Positions 12,168-26,161 are shown, numbered from the stretch's first letter. The stretch: DNA of 64,000 nt from Nitrospirales bacterium (GCA_965203295.1 CBDBCZ010000015.1:832001-896000); one strand, 5' to 3'. The notes: generated from the letters alone by a model not told the origin. Made by a program: numbers and translations.

Positions 12168-12236
12168 GTAGGTTTACTAGTATATTCTTGGGTAGTGTAA
12201 GATTTATGTATGGGCAGCACTATACTACTCTTTGAA

Positions 12237-12777
12237 AGATCAAAGGCATTATGTAGTGTGCTGGACAAGTTACAAAACAATCTCAAAACAGTTTACCCAA
12301 AATTGACTCATGTGAATTTATTCCCCACTAGCGACTTGAATGTAGCTAACCACTGCCTGAACTTGAAGCTAGCCCCCAGTATTCCTAGAAACGGGGGGGG
12401 GGGGGGGGGGCTTGTCCACATCCTGATTAAAATATCAAAGCAGTTCACCCATGCAGGAAAAGTCCTGGGTAAAGCCCAGGATAGTGATAGCTATTTTGTC
12501 CTATTTTATGTCATAACATAAAGCAGCATGTGGACAACAAGTTATCATTGCCTAATTAAGAGTTCATTCCTCCAGTGTCTATAGAAAGCCCTCCAGTTTA
12601 GCTTTTAGCTCAATTCAAACTCAAGCTAGTGGCTAGCCGCATTCATGCTGTACTAGAGTCCACTGGAGAGCTATTTCAGACTCCTGGAGAGCTGCTTTGA
12701 GTTCAGGTTTGTGTAGGAGAATGTTTGTAACTCTACAACACTTTAAATTTGTCCAGCACACTGATGCCTTTGATCTA
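12237..12777. mobile_element. TIR element (unclassified)
   Basis: AGATCAAAGGCAT..AGTGTGCTGGACAA pairs with TTGTCCAGCACACTGATGCCTTTGATCT. It contains a G18 run. No clear TSD. Confidence 0.65.
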
Positions 12778-13056
12778 CTAATTAGGATGCGACAATACAA
12801 CTAGTACTCTCACTTTATATGTATACTACACGACAGTTGGTCCTCCTCCAAGTCTCAGTATTGCCGATGTACCATAGATGCATGTCGTACTGCTGTATTA
12901 TGGATATATTGGCGAAGTGTTTTTTGTAATTCTTAGATACGTAGCTATGTGTGCCTGCATATAAGACAGGTTCTGTCTTTTTAATTAAACAAGAAAGTCC
13001 TGATTATGGACGTATTCCAATTGACAAAAGCTGTCAAAAGGAATGTTTTTGGCTAA

Positions 13057-13642
13057 CATAGGACCGGTTTTAAATGCGATAATCTATTAAATTCGAATGC
13101 GTTTTTTTTTCTAAGCTCGCAAAAAGTAGAACGCAATTCATTTGTCACAGACAATTACGTAATCGTAACACGTGCCGTGCCGGAGTGGCTGCATTACTCT
13201 GATGTGAAAGCTACTTGGAAAATTGTCATAGCTAAGTGCTGCAGCTGTATTTCCCGTACCAGATGAGCCTACTACGATATTTGAAGCCTATCAATAGGCC
13301 GACTGTCGTGGCCGATGGCCGACAACAATGCTGTCTTGGAAAACGGCTACTGCTCTCAGATCGTTCTCGTTATTCTCCTCGTGTTTAAGCCATAGTTTCT
13401 CTCCCACATGAGGGTCCATATGAGTTTGTATATGTGGTGGCCTCGAACAACACTCTCTAGTGTGTACACAGCTTCAGCGCTTCACTTACCATCATTTTCA
13501 CACAAGATTCTGGTAGAAGCCTATGGTGTGGGTGTGGCTAAAATAGCAATAGCATTGCGAAACGCATTAAATAAATACGCAATTTGCGTTCAAAACACGA
13601 AAACGCAATAATTTTATCACGCAATTAAAACCGGTTCTATGG
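13057..13642. mobile_element. TA-type MITE (Tc1/mariner-pogo-like termini)
   Basis: CATAGGACCGGTTTTAAATGCG ... CGCAATTAAAACCGGTTCTATGG|TA. A related degraded copy lies at ~23734-23936. Confidence 0.7.
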
Positions 13643-13898
13643 TATATGGAAATACTTCATCAAAATGAGTTGACATGTGCAACTTATTTCATCATAATTA
13701 TAAATATACCCACTCCACTGTTTGATATTTGTGATACTGTGGTTCTCAAGATTATTGGTTGTGTCATTCAAATTTTGTTTTGTTTTGTTTTTGCTTCAGC
13801 CACATACAGCAAGACCTGCAGCTTAAAAGTGCTTGCAGCACTTCCTCAACGTTGGGAAAACTCTTAAGCTCAGAGGGTTTCAGCAAGCATGTGTGAGT

Positions 13899-14200
13899 CA
13901 GTGTTCTCGCTAGGCCTATACCAAAGGGCACAGTGCCCTTTGAGGCTGCTAATGTGCCCTTTGGGGCTGGCCCAAAACCAAAATGTGCCCTTTGGTGTTT
14001 TGCAGCCACTTGAATTACTTCTGGTGTTTTAACATCGCTTGAACTGTCTGACTGGTCTGACTAAATAAATTAATGTAGAAATGCTGACAGCAATAACAGT
14101 TTACAGGGTAAATAGGGTAAACATTTTTCCGCGCTGCGCGCACATGCAGCTGATCCGCTAAAATGTGCCCTTCGGACTGCCAATCCTGGTGAGAACACTG
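13899..14200. mobile_element. hAT-type MITE, 302 bp
   Basis: TIR CAGTGTTCTC/GAGAACACTG, a perfect 8-bp TSD GTGTGAGT (13891-13898, 14201-14208) and repeated subterminal GTGCCC motifs. Confidence 0.9.
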
Positions 14201-14701
14201 GTGTGAGTGCCCATCACTGATTGCCAAATTATATATCTGAATAGCGAGAAGATTTATTTTATTTTCCCACTATTCGATATATAATTATTGAGGTCTTAAG
14301 TTCTGTGCAGTAGAATGCTTTTAGTACAAGGGCGTAACTGAAAAATACTCCATGTACTCGATTGTTATGAGCCAGACTTTGATCTAAACAACCAATTCAA
14401 ATTTAAATTAATACCGTTTCTGTGATGACAATTACAATCAGTGAAAAAGCTACTAATGGCACTATCATAACCTGCATAGCAAAACAAACTACCACATGGC
14501 TTTGTGGGATTAAAAGATTATTTTCCTACAATCATTGCTAGATAAGGACAACTAAACATGTCATATCCAAAACAAGAGCATCACTTTATAAGTGCAAAAC
14601 AAAGGGCACAGTGTTGGATGGTACAATCAGGGTAACTACGTGTATGCTTTTCCCAACCACTAACTGCTCTACAGTTGAGCAACCTACTGTATAGTCATGG
14701 A

Positions 14702-15243
14702 TTTTTACCCCGCGGCGCGTAGGCGGCGGCGGGGTTAAGCAATTGGTTCTGTCTGTCCGTCCGTCCGTCCGTCCGTCTGTCAGGTGTCTGTCCACTCAAA
14801 AATCGGGCTATCTCGCGATTTACGGGGTTAAACGATTGCTAAACACGACAGTAACATTGAAATCAAAAAAAAAATGTCCGGGTGTGTATCTGATAGTCGC
14901 CAAAGCGGTTCCATTCGCTGTATCTACAGCTCTTTCTTATTTAACAACGGTGCATTCTGCCATTTTAATACGGTCACAACTAGAATACGATAGAGGCCGG
15001 GCATATACGGACTCTGGTCACGTGTTCATATTGGCAATAAGTCACGCCCACCACTTCTCATAGGATATACAGATATATACGCGTACACGAGCGCTGTACA
15101 CTCTGCGTGCGGATACACAGCCAGTGATATACATGTACACTCTGCCAACTACTCGATCAGCCCAGTCTGCATTCCTGCCAGCTCCAAGTTGTGAATTATG
15201 CACCGTGGGGTATGTCTCTGCTAGAGACTTCTAGTTCTACTAG
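14702..15243 (+). mobile_element. Non-autonomous Helentron/DINE-1-like element
   Basis: It starts TTTTTACCCCGC...GCGGGGTTAA (5' stem), has a (GTCC/GTCT)n tract, and ends with 3' subTIR GGGGTA plus hairpin GTCTCTGCTAGAGAC and CTAG. Confidence 0.75.
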
Positions 15244-16496
15244 TATTTTTACCAGCTGGCCAGTTCTTGTACATACATCGTGTATATCTGGTTTATAGCC
15301 GAGCGAAGCGAGGCCAATAATCGCGTGCTATGGGCTCAACAATCTCAGCTAGCGTTTATATGTATAATACGTACATCTATTAAGTTCACTCGACTCTCCC
15401 CCGGGGGAAAGGCACATGTTCAAAATGGCGTCTCTGGCAGTTTTTTGGGTGCCGTCTTCAAAGTCGTGGCGGGCACAAAGTCAGAGGTCTGGACAAATTT
15501 GTCATGAAGTTCTATCAAGGGAGACTTGCTACAGCTCCCAGGTTTGTAGAGTTCGTGTAGCTTTACTTTAAGCTGAGATGTGAGAGCTGGAGGCCGACGA
15601 CACGATCGTAAGATGCCAACGGTATTTCAAGCCAGCATGCATTAAGCTGAGATCATATAGTCTCGCGAGCCGGCCCCTCGTATTGCATACATCAACTTTT
15701 GATATAGATCTGTACATATAATTGCGCATCATGGTATCACAGTAGATATAGCAGATAGATAAACAGGTATGTATATAGCAGATAGATAAACAGCTAGTTA
15801 CTTAATCCGCACATGGCAGCAGTCAACCTTGACCCCAACCTCACATGTGAGCACTCAACCATGACCCCATGCCCTATAGACACCAATTACATCCCAACGT
15901 GCATGCATGCATACTCCACTCAACGCATAAACAAACCTCAAGCCACCTACCATGTACCAAGACTGCCATGCACCACAATTCACCACTACCCAATCTGCAC
16001 AAACAACTGCCACCATATGCAAAAAAGCTACGCGAGGCATATTTCGCTTGCGTATTCCTAGTACAGTATATACGTATATGTATTTATGAGGCAATTTCAT
16101 TATGCTGTAAGCATAGTACTTCTCCATTGTCATTAGGTTGATGGCTGAGACAATGTACGTGTGGCATTGGTGTCCACCATTCCTGCTGTCCTGACATCTA
16201 TAGAGAAAGAAATGACATTAACACTGTTTGCATCTCTAATGTAAAGCTGATATGGGAAGCAGATGAGAGGAAATTCTCGTGTAGTTAGTGACTACATGCA
16301 TGGGCCCTGCTTAGGAGCAAGACACGTCATCAAAATATGAATAATCTCTGAGGAGAATAGTAATTTGACTCATATGTTTTCAGGTTTGTTTTAAGTAGCC
16401 CAATTGTACTACGTATGTCTGATACATTCCATTTATGCTCCTTGCTGAGATGGTATGCGTAATATATATTTTTCTTTCTCTCCAGTAATATGAACT

Positions 16497-17946
16497 ATAT
16501 ATATATATACATATATACTAGAGATTATCAAAATACGTACTCAATACACTGTACAATACAATCCAATGCAATACAATACAAAAAAAAAAAAAAAAAAAAA
16601 AAAAAATTACATTAATGATTAAATGACGCCGTCCACTGAGGGGGCGAAAGTAGGGAGGCGGCGCAGCCAGAGAACGGAATTCCCCCGCCACAGGGTGATG
16701 GCGAAACGGCGGAACAGCTGTTTGGTGCAGGCCGTGGAGTCGAAGGGGGCGGCTCGTTGGGCGATGGACTCCCCAAAGGACTTGATGATGGAGATGGTGT
16801 CCTCCGCCAGCCCACCCAGAGCCTCGGCCACGACGGGAATAAATGTCACTCCGGCGGAGCGGCAAGCGGAGAGATGGGAGGTCAGCTTCCGCTGTACTCC
16901 AACTTGCAGGGCATGGCCAGGAGTGGAGGCAGCCCCGTGAACCGTCTGCTGCTGTAGAGGGGAGATCACATGTACATCGAGAGCAGCTGGGCGACCCTGG
17001 GACCACGTGGGAAGGAGGATGTCCGCAGGCCGAGACAGGGAGTCCGGTACCACGCCTGAAGCTTCGCGAGCTGGGGACAATGCGGCAGACTGAGCGGCAG
17101 TGAACAACACATCCCGGAGGGCATTGTGGCGTGATATTCTGTCGCCATTGCCACCACAGCCGACCTGGTGGTCGCCAAAACGGTCGGCATCGCCACCGCA
17201 CTCAGGGCATGAATAGGTGGAGCTCAGCAAGGGGACACCCAACCAGTAACAGAGGCAGCAGCGGAACTCCTTGTCCTGCAGGCGGAGACCCAGAGCGGCA
17301 GATGGCACACCGTTCAGCCAGTCTCCGGCATGTGGTAGGGAGGTGGAGTGGGCCAACGCTCTGGCACGGGCCGATGGAGCAGAGGAGAGGAGTTGTTCGT
17401 GTCCCACGTCATCAATGGCAATGGAGAGGCAACGCTGGCGTAAAGGCACGTCGATGTCCGCCAGACACTGCCAGTCTTGCCGGGCGGCAGAAACAGAGAG
17501 GGCAGCCAAGGCCGAATCCAGATGGGGTGGGTGGTTTGGCAGTCGACGCAGGATGGCACTCACCAGATCGTGGGAGCCTGAAGAAGAAGCTACATAGGCT
17601 GCGGGAGCATGCAGCGTAGAACTTCTAAGGTTGAGGCCACCGCGGCTGCTGGGCAGGGCAGCTTTCAACCAGGACCATTCAGAGAAAGGTCCACCAAGGA
17701 TCCTCTCCAAACATGCTCTGATGGCCATGTCGAAATCCCTGGTGGCCTGGGAGATGTGGCCTGGTGGGCATGTATGGAGGATGTAAGAGAACTTTGGGAG
17801 AGCGAGGCATGAACGGAGAAGGGATGTCTCCAGCTGGGCATCTCTCATGTTGTGTAGAGTCGTCAAGGATTCCCTGATCTTGTTGACTCTGGCCTGCAAC
17901 ACTTGTTCGCAATAGGCCGGGGGGCCAATTGGGCAGCCCAGAAGAC
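16497..17946 (-). mobile_element. 5'-truncated CRE-clade-like non-LTR retrotransposon (RT + restriction-like endonuclease)
   Basis: It has a 10-bp TSD AATATGAACT (16487-16496 / 17947-17956), a GC- and CpG-rich uninterrupted ORF, and a short 3' UTR with a ~T27 run ending in (TA)n. Confidence 0.92.
16619..17944 (-). CDS. C-terminal part of retrotransposon ORF: end of RT, thumb, CCHC knuckle and RLE nuclease
   Basis: LLGCPIG (last RT motif), RGGLNLRS, CPECGGDADRFGDHQVGC, RHN and RPADIL...ALDV...RKL (PD-D/ExK-like). The frame is open from the truncation point to TAA at 16619. Confidence 0.9.
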   Translation of the reverse strand, partial: LLGCPIGPPAYCEQVLQARVNKIRESLTTLHNMRDAQLETSLLRSCLALPKFSYILHTCPPGHISQATRDFDMAIRACLERILGGPFSEWSWLKAALPSSRGGLNLRSSTLHAPAAYVASSSGSHDLVSAILRRLPNHPPHLDSALAALSVSAARQDWQCLADIDVPLRQRCLSIAIDDVGHEQLLSSAPSARARALAHSTSLPHAGDWLNGVPSAALGLRLQDKEFRCCLCYWLGVPLLSSTYSCPECGGDADRFGDHQVGCGGNGDRISRHNALRDVLFTAAQSAALSPAREASGVVPDSLSRPADILLPTWSQGRPAALDVHVISPLQQQTVHGAASTPGHALQVGVQRKLTSHLSACRSAGVTFIPVVAEALGGLAEDTISIIKSFGESIAQRAAPFDSTACTKQLFRRFAITLWRGNSVLWLRRLPTFAPSVDGVI

Positions 17947-20482
17947 AATATGAACTTGGAAACTAGCGAACTGCAGCTGATTTTAGCCAAGGAGCTACCC
18001 AGGATTGTGTTTGCAGTGTCACGACAGGATGTGCCACGGTACTGAGGTGTAGTGCGATGTTTCAGAGCTGTAGTTTTAATTTAGATGTATTGTCTTTTGT
18101 TAGGAGATTCTCCCTGGGGAACCACTGCCTACCAGTACACCACACAGTGAGGCCGACTGACAGTAAAGAAATTTAATGTGATGGTTGTTCATAGAAAGTT
18201 AGTACAGCACTGTCATTTTGCTACCTAGGTACCAAAGATTCCAAGATTGGAGCCGTCAGACTATTATTGCCTGTAATGGAAAAACTGATAGCTACAAATA
18301 ACCCGGATGTAGTCCAAGGTTTGCTTCTTTTTAATATTATTACATGTACAGCAATATCTATTATGTGACTTTTGTTGTATTGCATTCAGCACTGATTGAA
18401 AGCCTCTTAAGGATTGCTCCTCTAACGGGTGAGTTTTTAATCTCTCTCTTGCCACTTTATTGTAGTCATGTTCACTATAGGGTTGTAGGTGAGTGATTGC
18501 CTCCATAGAGCCCTAACATTATTCAAGCAGAAACTTTATGCACTCTCAAGTCATTACTATAGGGACAGTATAATTTGGCAAGTTTACATTGACTCATAGA
18601 TTATGAAACAGTAACTGTTGATAATTTTAAAATGTGACATAAGTATTATTGTGTAGTCCTTACATATATGTGATGCCCTTGCAGATGACTTTTCTGTGAT
18701 TAGTTCCCCTTGCATGCCCTTGTTCACCAATGAGTGTCAGCAAGTTCGGAATGCTATCAGGTACTACATGTACATAATCATAGCTTCACTTGACATAGTA
18801 TCTTTTGATCTAAGCCTGTGTATGTACATTCTGCAAGGTAGTGGTATAACAAGAAATGGAATTTTTAATGTTAATACAAATTATATTTGTCAGATTATAA
18901 ACTATTTGTAGATATGTATCTTTTAAATGTCAAGTGTATTATTTATAGCTGTTTTTTTTCACAGGCTCACAGAATAGTAAAAGCTCAAACACTAACCCCT
19001 GGGAAGATGCTGTCCCTGTTCAAGGACAATGTTTGTCAGGTACATTAACTTGTAGGCCTTGTCTGCTATTGGATATGACCTTAACTGGGAATCTTGGTAC
19101 ATGTTTTGCAGTTTCTTGTGGAGGTACTACATCAGAAGAAGGGTTTCATTTTGAAGGCAGACAAAAAAGGGCCATTCTTACAGGTGCTTGTGTGGACCTA
19201 TGAAGACTTCCTCATGTTGTGAAATGGCATGATTATTTGACCACTTGTGCAGAAGGGATACACTATTCCTTGTGTATATTTTAAATTACATGTGTATGTA
19301 GGTGGCTTTGGCTTTTGGACAGAAAGACATGAAACAGTTTTTTGAAGTAAGTGCTTAGAATTTTACCTGCATGTGCTGTACCATTTAGCAGTGAAGAGTG
19401 TGTACGTGCATAAACTGTTGCTTTCTCAGGCCATCAAGGATGTATTCATTATTTTAGTGGTCTGCCAAGCTACACCGGAATCCTCTAAAGTTTGTGGCTA
19501 AAATGACAAATATAGTAAGGAAACAACACTTTTAAATAGTTACCGTAGGTCCTGGCGCTGAAGAATAATGACCGGCATCATTTTTGTTTTTAGTAGCGCC
19601 AATTGGTTTGTTACTTTCATATAGGGCATTTTTTGTACATGGGTTGTTTTATCTGAAATTGGAATACTACAATAAATTAATTAGCGGCAGTAATTGAGCA
19701 AAACAGTGATACACACATCCCAGGTAACAAAACAATAACAAGGTTTAGCTGTCTACAGTTTATTCCAAAGCTACCTTTTCTATGCTGTTTGTAGTTTGTT
19801 CTATGATCCTAGCCATTTTGTAAACCTTCCTAACTTCTTGACAGCATACTGAAGTATATCTCCCTTGATGTTAAATCTTGAAAATTAACTGTTAGTGTGC
19901 TGCATTTAGTACATTTATTGAACTTATATTGACAGTGAACATATTCTATCTTATCCAGAGTCCAAGATCACTACTTGTGGAGTGTTTTAAATACATCTTT
20001 TTGCATCTCGTTCGTAATGGGCAGCAAACAGACCTCAACATTGCATCCAGATTTTTGAAGGTGTTGCAGACGTGTGTATATGTATATGTGTATGTGAGTG
20101 TACGTATGTGTATAGCCATTTGATTATCAGTTATATAAATACAACCAGAGCATATTAGTAGAGCTCTGTATTGTACATGTTTTGAATACAGAAAGGGAAG
20201 GTTAATTTGTAACATGGTTTGACACCCATCTTCCACTTTCAGTCTGAGGGAGACTTTGAGATGACCACTCTGCTTCGATCAGATGTGAAGAATGTCCTCA
20301 ATCTTCTGCTACTCCACTTGAGCACTCACAGGGAGAGAGTACTGGCTGGGATAAAGATGCTTGCAGAGATGAACCAGTTGGCTGGAGAGGAGAAGCCACT
20401 GCAAATGGACAGTGAGCAGATGGTGAGTTAGGATAACATTGCATTGTCTTTACTATGCCATCAGTGGAAGTGGCGTAGGAAT

Positions 20483-20560
20483 AGCCTCATTCCCAGGCCT
20501 CCGCACAGCTTTTATCGCTTGCAGTACAAAAAGCGTGGAAGGCCTGGAATATTTTATCAT
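20483..20560 (+). mobile_element. Left end of a TAGCCTC-family element (second copy at 22076-22150)
   Basis: TAGCCTCATTCCCAGGCCTCC...GCTTGCAGTACAAAA...GGCC(T/A)GGAATATTT is shared by both copies. Confidence 0.65.
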
Positions 20561-21314
20561 GTGAATGATGTTGAGGGTGGAGAGAGGGTAGCTTAGAGAG
20601 ACTTTAATTGAACGTGGGCGAAACTATAGCAACGTGCCCACGCAGAGCCAATTTATCAAGAAGAGTCGCACTTCTGGCAGTGTGACAAACAGGTAAGTAT
20701 AGAAAAGCGCTTAATAAAAGCCTGGTTGTTACTACATATATGGTACTTTGTGATAAAGTGCGCTCAAAGTGCTCATTGAGGCCATCATAACAATAAGTTG
20801 TCGGAGTGTTCCAACGGTTGAAACTGAGTATTCATGATGACATTACAGTCTTCTTGCCTAATTGCACGTGCGTGACGTCACATCCGTGACTGACAGGCGA
20901 ACTACATATTGATGTATCTCATAACTGTGTTACCACATGCAACTCTGTATATTAAACAATTATTTGGGCTGTACTTATTTAATGCAGGCTATTGGCAGCT
21001 TAATTGAGCTGATGAAACTAATGGGACCATGCTCTATTACACAAGAGAAAATGAAAGTTCTGGCTATCCTAAGGTACAGGTGTATGGATAGCATTTTTGA
21101 TCAGCATTATTTTTAAGAGAGTAGTCAATATAGATATGTATTACATATATTTTGCTGTATTTTGCTGCATGTCTGCCTGCTATAGGCACTGTCTACAACT
21201 AGGAGATGAAGAAATAACTGAATTGACCCTTTCAGCTTGAAACTGTTTCATCCATAGGTAAGCTGTTAGTGAAAGTACGTTTTAGAAACATTCAGAACGC
21301 AGTCTAGCTCATTG

Positions 21315-21388
<74 letters not shown>

Positions 21389-24300
21389 GTGGAGGTGGAG
21401 GTGAGAACACAAAGTAGGTAGCTCAATTAATTAGCTTTTGCCTATTGTAGCCACGTACGATTCATTCTCAGCTACATAAGCTAATCTTGTGCAAAGTATT
21501 AGCAGGGTTTCAGGAAAATTATGATGCATTAAAACAAGGTACAATGGGGCCTGTTCAATTACACTTGCAACACCTCTGTACGTACTTGTAGTTTTAGTTT
21601 GTACTGACACGTCATAATGGTTTGAACACAAACTTGGGGTAGCCAAAGGCTACAACTCCAGAAGCAAGTAATGAAACACAAACACCACACTTTTATTCCA
21701 CAGTGTATCGGATCCATAGTAGTGATGGAGGCAATTCAAGTGATCTATGCTTTATGGTTTGGCTGACTACCCAGACATTATACCTATGCTAAGGCTGTAT
21801 CCCGCATGCTCGTTCTAATAATGTCAATCAGGGCTGTTAAGTCCAATTCTACTGTACTGAAGTGCTCAGATATTTGAAATTCAAAACCCTAATGATTATC
21901 TTATCTATCTTGTCCACATGAAATAGCTATTCGGCAACTGTACCAAGACTTGGCAAGTACAGTACATCCATCTTTAAAGTGTCCAAGTGTGTCACATTTC
22001 ATGAATGGATTCAAGGGTGGTGTACTCGGCTTATTCATAAAGTGAGTTTATATGTAAACACATTTGCAAATATACTAGCCTCATTCCCAGGCCTCCATTC
22101 AGCATTTGTTGCTTGCAGTACAAAAGCAGGGTAGGCCAGGAATATTTGTGAAGATAAATGTAGATAGAACTTATATGAATGTAGGTAGAATGATACGTAG
22201 CAATGTGTCCATGCATGCATAAGTTGAATCATTGAGCTGCTTGAGTATGAGCTTCTTGGTAATCAACAATAATCATGCTTCCGGCAGTCTCTGTGATGAG
22301 TAAATGCTTGATGAAAGCCTGGGAAGGGGGTATTTTACCCTTCTGCTTGCTGCAGTACGCGTACCTTTGTCTGTATTGAAGCATATTCAGGGAAGGTCTA
22401 TGTGTCTATCTATGCTGCTGCATTAGATATTTTTGTTTCAGTGCCTTCAACATGACTTCTCTAACTGATAGACCATTTGATCAGGTGTGGAGACACTGCT
22501 GTGATTTGTGTTGGCATACTCTCTACTGTTTGTAAGGCTAAAATGTACCAGGCTCCCCCCCCCCCCTGGGAATGAGGCTCTTCAATTATGTATACCAATA
22601 TCCTAGTTGAGGGATTGTGTGTGTACTTGTGACATCCTGAGTTCACAAGAGACAATGCAATGCACCTGATCATCATCCATTTCTGCCAACAGATTCCGTC
22701 TTCATTGCAAAAGGATGTGTTTCTTCCCTGAAGCTTGCTCTTCAAGTTAGTTGTCCTGTGAACTGTGAAGTGTATATGTGTTCATATTGTGTTTATGCAT
22801 GGTTAGCTAATAGCATGAGACATGTTAGGCACGATGCTCTGAACTTAGAACTTGAGTTCTTCTCTATTGGCTAGTAGTATGGAGCTTCAGAAGTTCTTTT
22901 CTCTAGGCTTGGAGCACTATACATTGTGTACTGGTTGTTCCCTTTTCTTGTTGTGTTTTTGAATGCCTGCTCGTTGTACGGGATAAGTATGTATAACCTA
23001 GACAGCAATCTTTCCTTGAATATGCAGCATGACATCAGCCTTGCTCTGTATGTGTTACCACATGTCCTAACATGCCTGCTCAGGCAAGGATCACCTGCAG
23101 TACTGAAAGAGGTGCGTAAGTACATGTACGTACATGTGTAATGTGCATTACTTGCTGCTGCTTGTTCACTGCTAAATTATAATAATGGTCTTAAGTTTTA
23201 GCTACAACATGTAGGTGGATTTTTAAAACCAAATGTAATACGGCTGGAAACCATTTCATTTTGGGTAGTCAATAGTTTGCAGGCCACAGTTGGCTCATAT
23301 CTCAGTGCCACTAGCATAGAAGTAGTGTCTAGTGTGTTTTATATTTTCCATCTGAAAAAACCAGCTTGAAACTTTCAAATTAAACACCGTGGCTTAGTTT
23401 AGTAACAGGTAGGCCAAGCTAACTGCAGCTGTAGAAGACTGTCTGTCTCATCCTGTATAAACAGGATAAGTAACGGAACACACAGTACGGCAGCTTGGTA
23501 GTTGGTAGCTGTATCTTGCAAAAGCAGAATATCGTCCACTTTTTCGCCATCTGGGCAGCACAAAACTATTATAGTTACTTGCTGTTGCTTGGCCTACAAT
23601 ACTCCAAAAGCTGCTAATAGACTGCAGTTGCATAGTGGTTTGTGACATAATATTGCACATGTAATAAATGTTGACACACAAACAGACAACATACGTATGC
23701 GGTAAACATCTTAGCCCTGTCCCTGCAGCAGCTACCGTAGGACTAGTTTTAATTGCGTTGTGAAGTCATTGTATATTCGTGTTTTGACACAATTGTGTAT
23801 TTGTTAGTTACGTTGTTGCGTGCATGTCTATTATGCACATGCATTCTGCATAATGCATGATTGTGTGTTCTAATTTTTGCGAGCTTCCTTAAAAACTCGT
23901 ATTCACAATTATTAGATTATCCCAATTAAAATGGTATAGAGCACACCAACAACTGTCCTTTTTGTTCATCATGCTTTTACTATTCAGATACACACGGAAG
24001 TGATGACTGTTCTGAATCATTCAGCTGCCAGCAAAGATCTGGATTATAGAGGTACATGTATAGTAAATCAAATCTCTGAACTGCAGGGTGATTATCATGT
24101 AATGTTCCCTTCAAGATTCTACCAACATGTGTACTCAGACTATATTCACTGCCATGGACCACTTCACTGCTTGGGCCAATGGAGAAAACACAGCTGCTGC
24201 TGTGAGAGAGGCCAAAGGACAGACACAGAAAGGTAAACACATGCTCTGTGTATGACATTTAATTTAAATGTATGTATACATTAACTGTTTTCTAAACTTT

Positions 24301-24478
24301 GTAACGATTCAATTGCATATACGCAAATGTTGTAGTACAATCTTTGTGCGCTTGATCTGATGAATTTAGAGGAGTTTTGGATGGCAGGAAGAGTGTTAAA
24401 ATGACAATAGATGCTAGTGCCTAGTCTGCTTGATGTTGTACAGCACATGTTATTATTTCTCATAGCATTCTGGGTAAA

Positions 24479-24896
24479 CAAGTCTGACATTTCATGTCTA
24501 AAAAACCAGCCGGACACCTTTCCTGTACAATATACACAACTCAGCTTAGGCCAAGCTATTAAACTACAGCTGTAGATCCAGAAATACTATATTCCTAGAG
24601 CGGTACAGCAAAAGTGCTGACTCAGCAGTTTCGTCATGCGCCTCCAGTTAGTAGCTATATGCCAAGAAACCAGGATCTTTACCGCTACCTACCAAGTTTT
24701 CGCCATCTAGGCAACACAAAACTACCTTCATTTGCTATAGCTTGGCCTGCAAACCTCCAAAAGCTACGATACACTGCAGTTGCATAGTAACGTATGACGT
24801 AATATATTGCGCACGTGGTAAGTGCGGACGCACAAACAGACGCGGAAAACGTAAAGCAATCTTAGTTCCAGCCGTTCGCGCTCCGGCTGGTAAAAA
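24479..24896 (-). mobile_element. Non-autonomous Helentron-like (HINE) element, family 2
   Basis: On the minus strand it starts TTTTTACCAGCCGGAGCGCGAACGGCTGG and ends with subTIR CCGGCTGGT plus hairpin GACATGAAATGTC and TTT. Copies lie at 42583-43016, with degraded ones at ~23380-23700 and ~31043-31330. Confidence 0.8.
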
Positions 24897-26011
24897 TATT
24901 GCAACTTGTAGTAGGTTAGCCACAGTAATAATGGAAATTGGCACCCCACAAAAATAACACTGTCTACTGTATCCCTTCACTGCAGACAATTTTGAAGAGG
25001 TGGAAGAGGTTATAAAATTTTTGGACAGCATTCCGAAGGTGAGTGGATGTGTTCATTATGAAGAAATAATACAGTGGGGTCTGCAAGTGAGCATATCTAT
25101 CACACAGCAAAATTTGACAATAACTCAAGCTCGTTTGTCTTTGTTTTGGAGTGTGTAAAATTGGTTAATTGCCTTAGACTTAACAGTTCAGCTGTATACG
25201 TCCTGCCTCTCTGAACATACATGACCAGGGTCACTGGGTAGCTGCTAGAAAGTGATTGGTGGTTCGATTCTTCAGTCCCTTGTCATGTATATTCTTTGCA
25301 ACATAGTCATACATAATCTAAATGATTTTAATTTAGGACACCAGATTATATAGCTCTTAGTATTTTGCAAGACATGGAGAGCTACGTTTGCCAAGGCGAG
25401 CGCTAGTCGGCCATATTCTAGTCTGAGAACGAGTTCACGCACCCTGCATGGTCTGAGGGCGAGACAACATTTAATTGCGTTCACCATTACACGTGATATT
25501 TCTGCGTCCACGTGGGTCTGTTTTCGCTGACTGAAAAAATAAAGTATTGATAGATCTCTGTCAGCATATACTTACATTTTTTGCCGCACTTTGGAAAGCA
25601 CCAGTGCTTACATTCAAAATCAACAATTTCATGGGGTATCTATACTTGTAGAGTTGCTATACAGAAAATCATAGCAAAAACGAACCATATCAGCTATTTG
25701 GCATGTATAAACTGTCCTTCTGATTCACATTAGTTGCATGACTTGTAGATGTGGCATTTTCTGTCCGCTTAGTATATGCACTCAAACTTCCAGCCTGGAT
25801 AGCAGTATTAAAACTTCCCCGTACTTTACCATTCTTACTGTTTCTTGTATAGCTATGGCGTGGTTGAAAATTGTTTACTATTTCCACTGCTGCCTAGACA
25901 ATTTAGTTCAAAATTCACCGTCCAGCTGCAACCGTTCAATAATAATCATCGAATATGGACAGATATTCTGTGTTCTACATACTAGTGCATGGTTATGCTT
26001 CAATAATTTTT

Positions 26012-26161
26012 TAGGTCACTCTAGCATTTAAACCTAATCATATCTAAAATCCAACAAAGCATTTTTCACCTGCATTGTTCGATTAGTGATAGTATTCTGT
26101 GCAATAGGATTTGCTCAGATAAGTGTGCATGCAACACACATATACTCTCTTGTTCACAAAA
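26012..26161 (+). repeat. ~150-bp intronic segment duplicated at ~26906-27055
   Basis: GGTCACTCTAGCATTTA...TCATATCTAAAATCC...GCATGCAACACACAT..ACTCTCTT.TTCACAAAA occurs in both places. Confidence 0.85.

Noticed and set aside
16518..17990. Multiple overlapping ORFs on both strands around the retrotransposon
   Set aside because: They are shadow frames of a GC-rich coding sequence. Only the frame ending at 16619 carries RT/RLE motifs.
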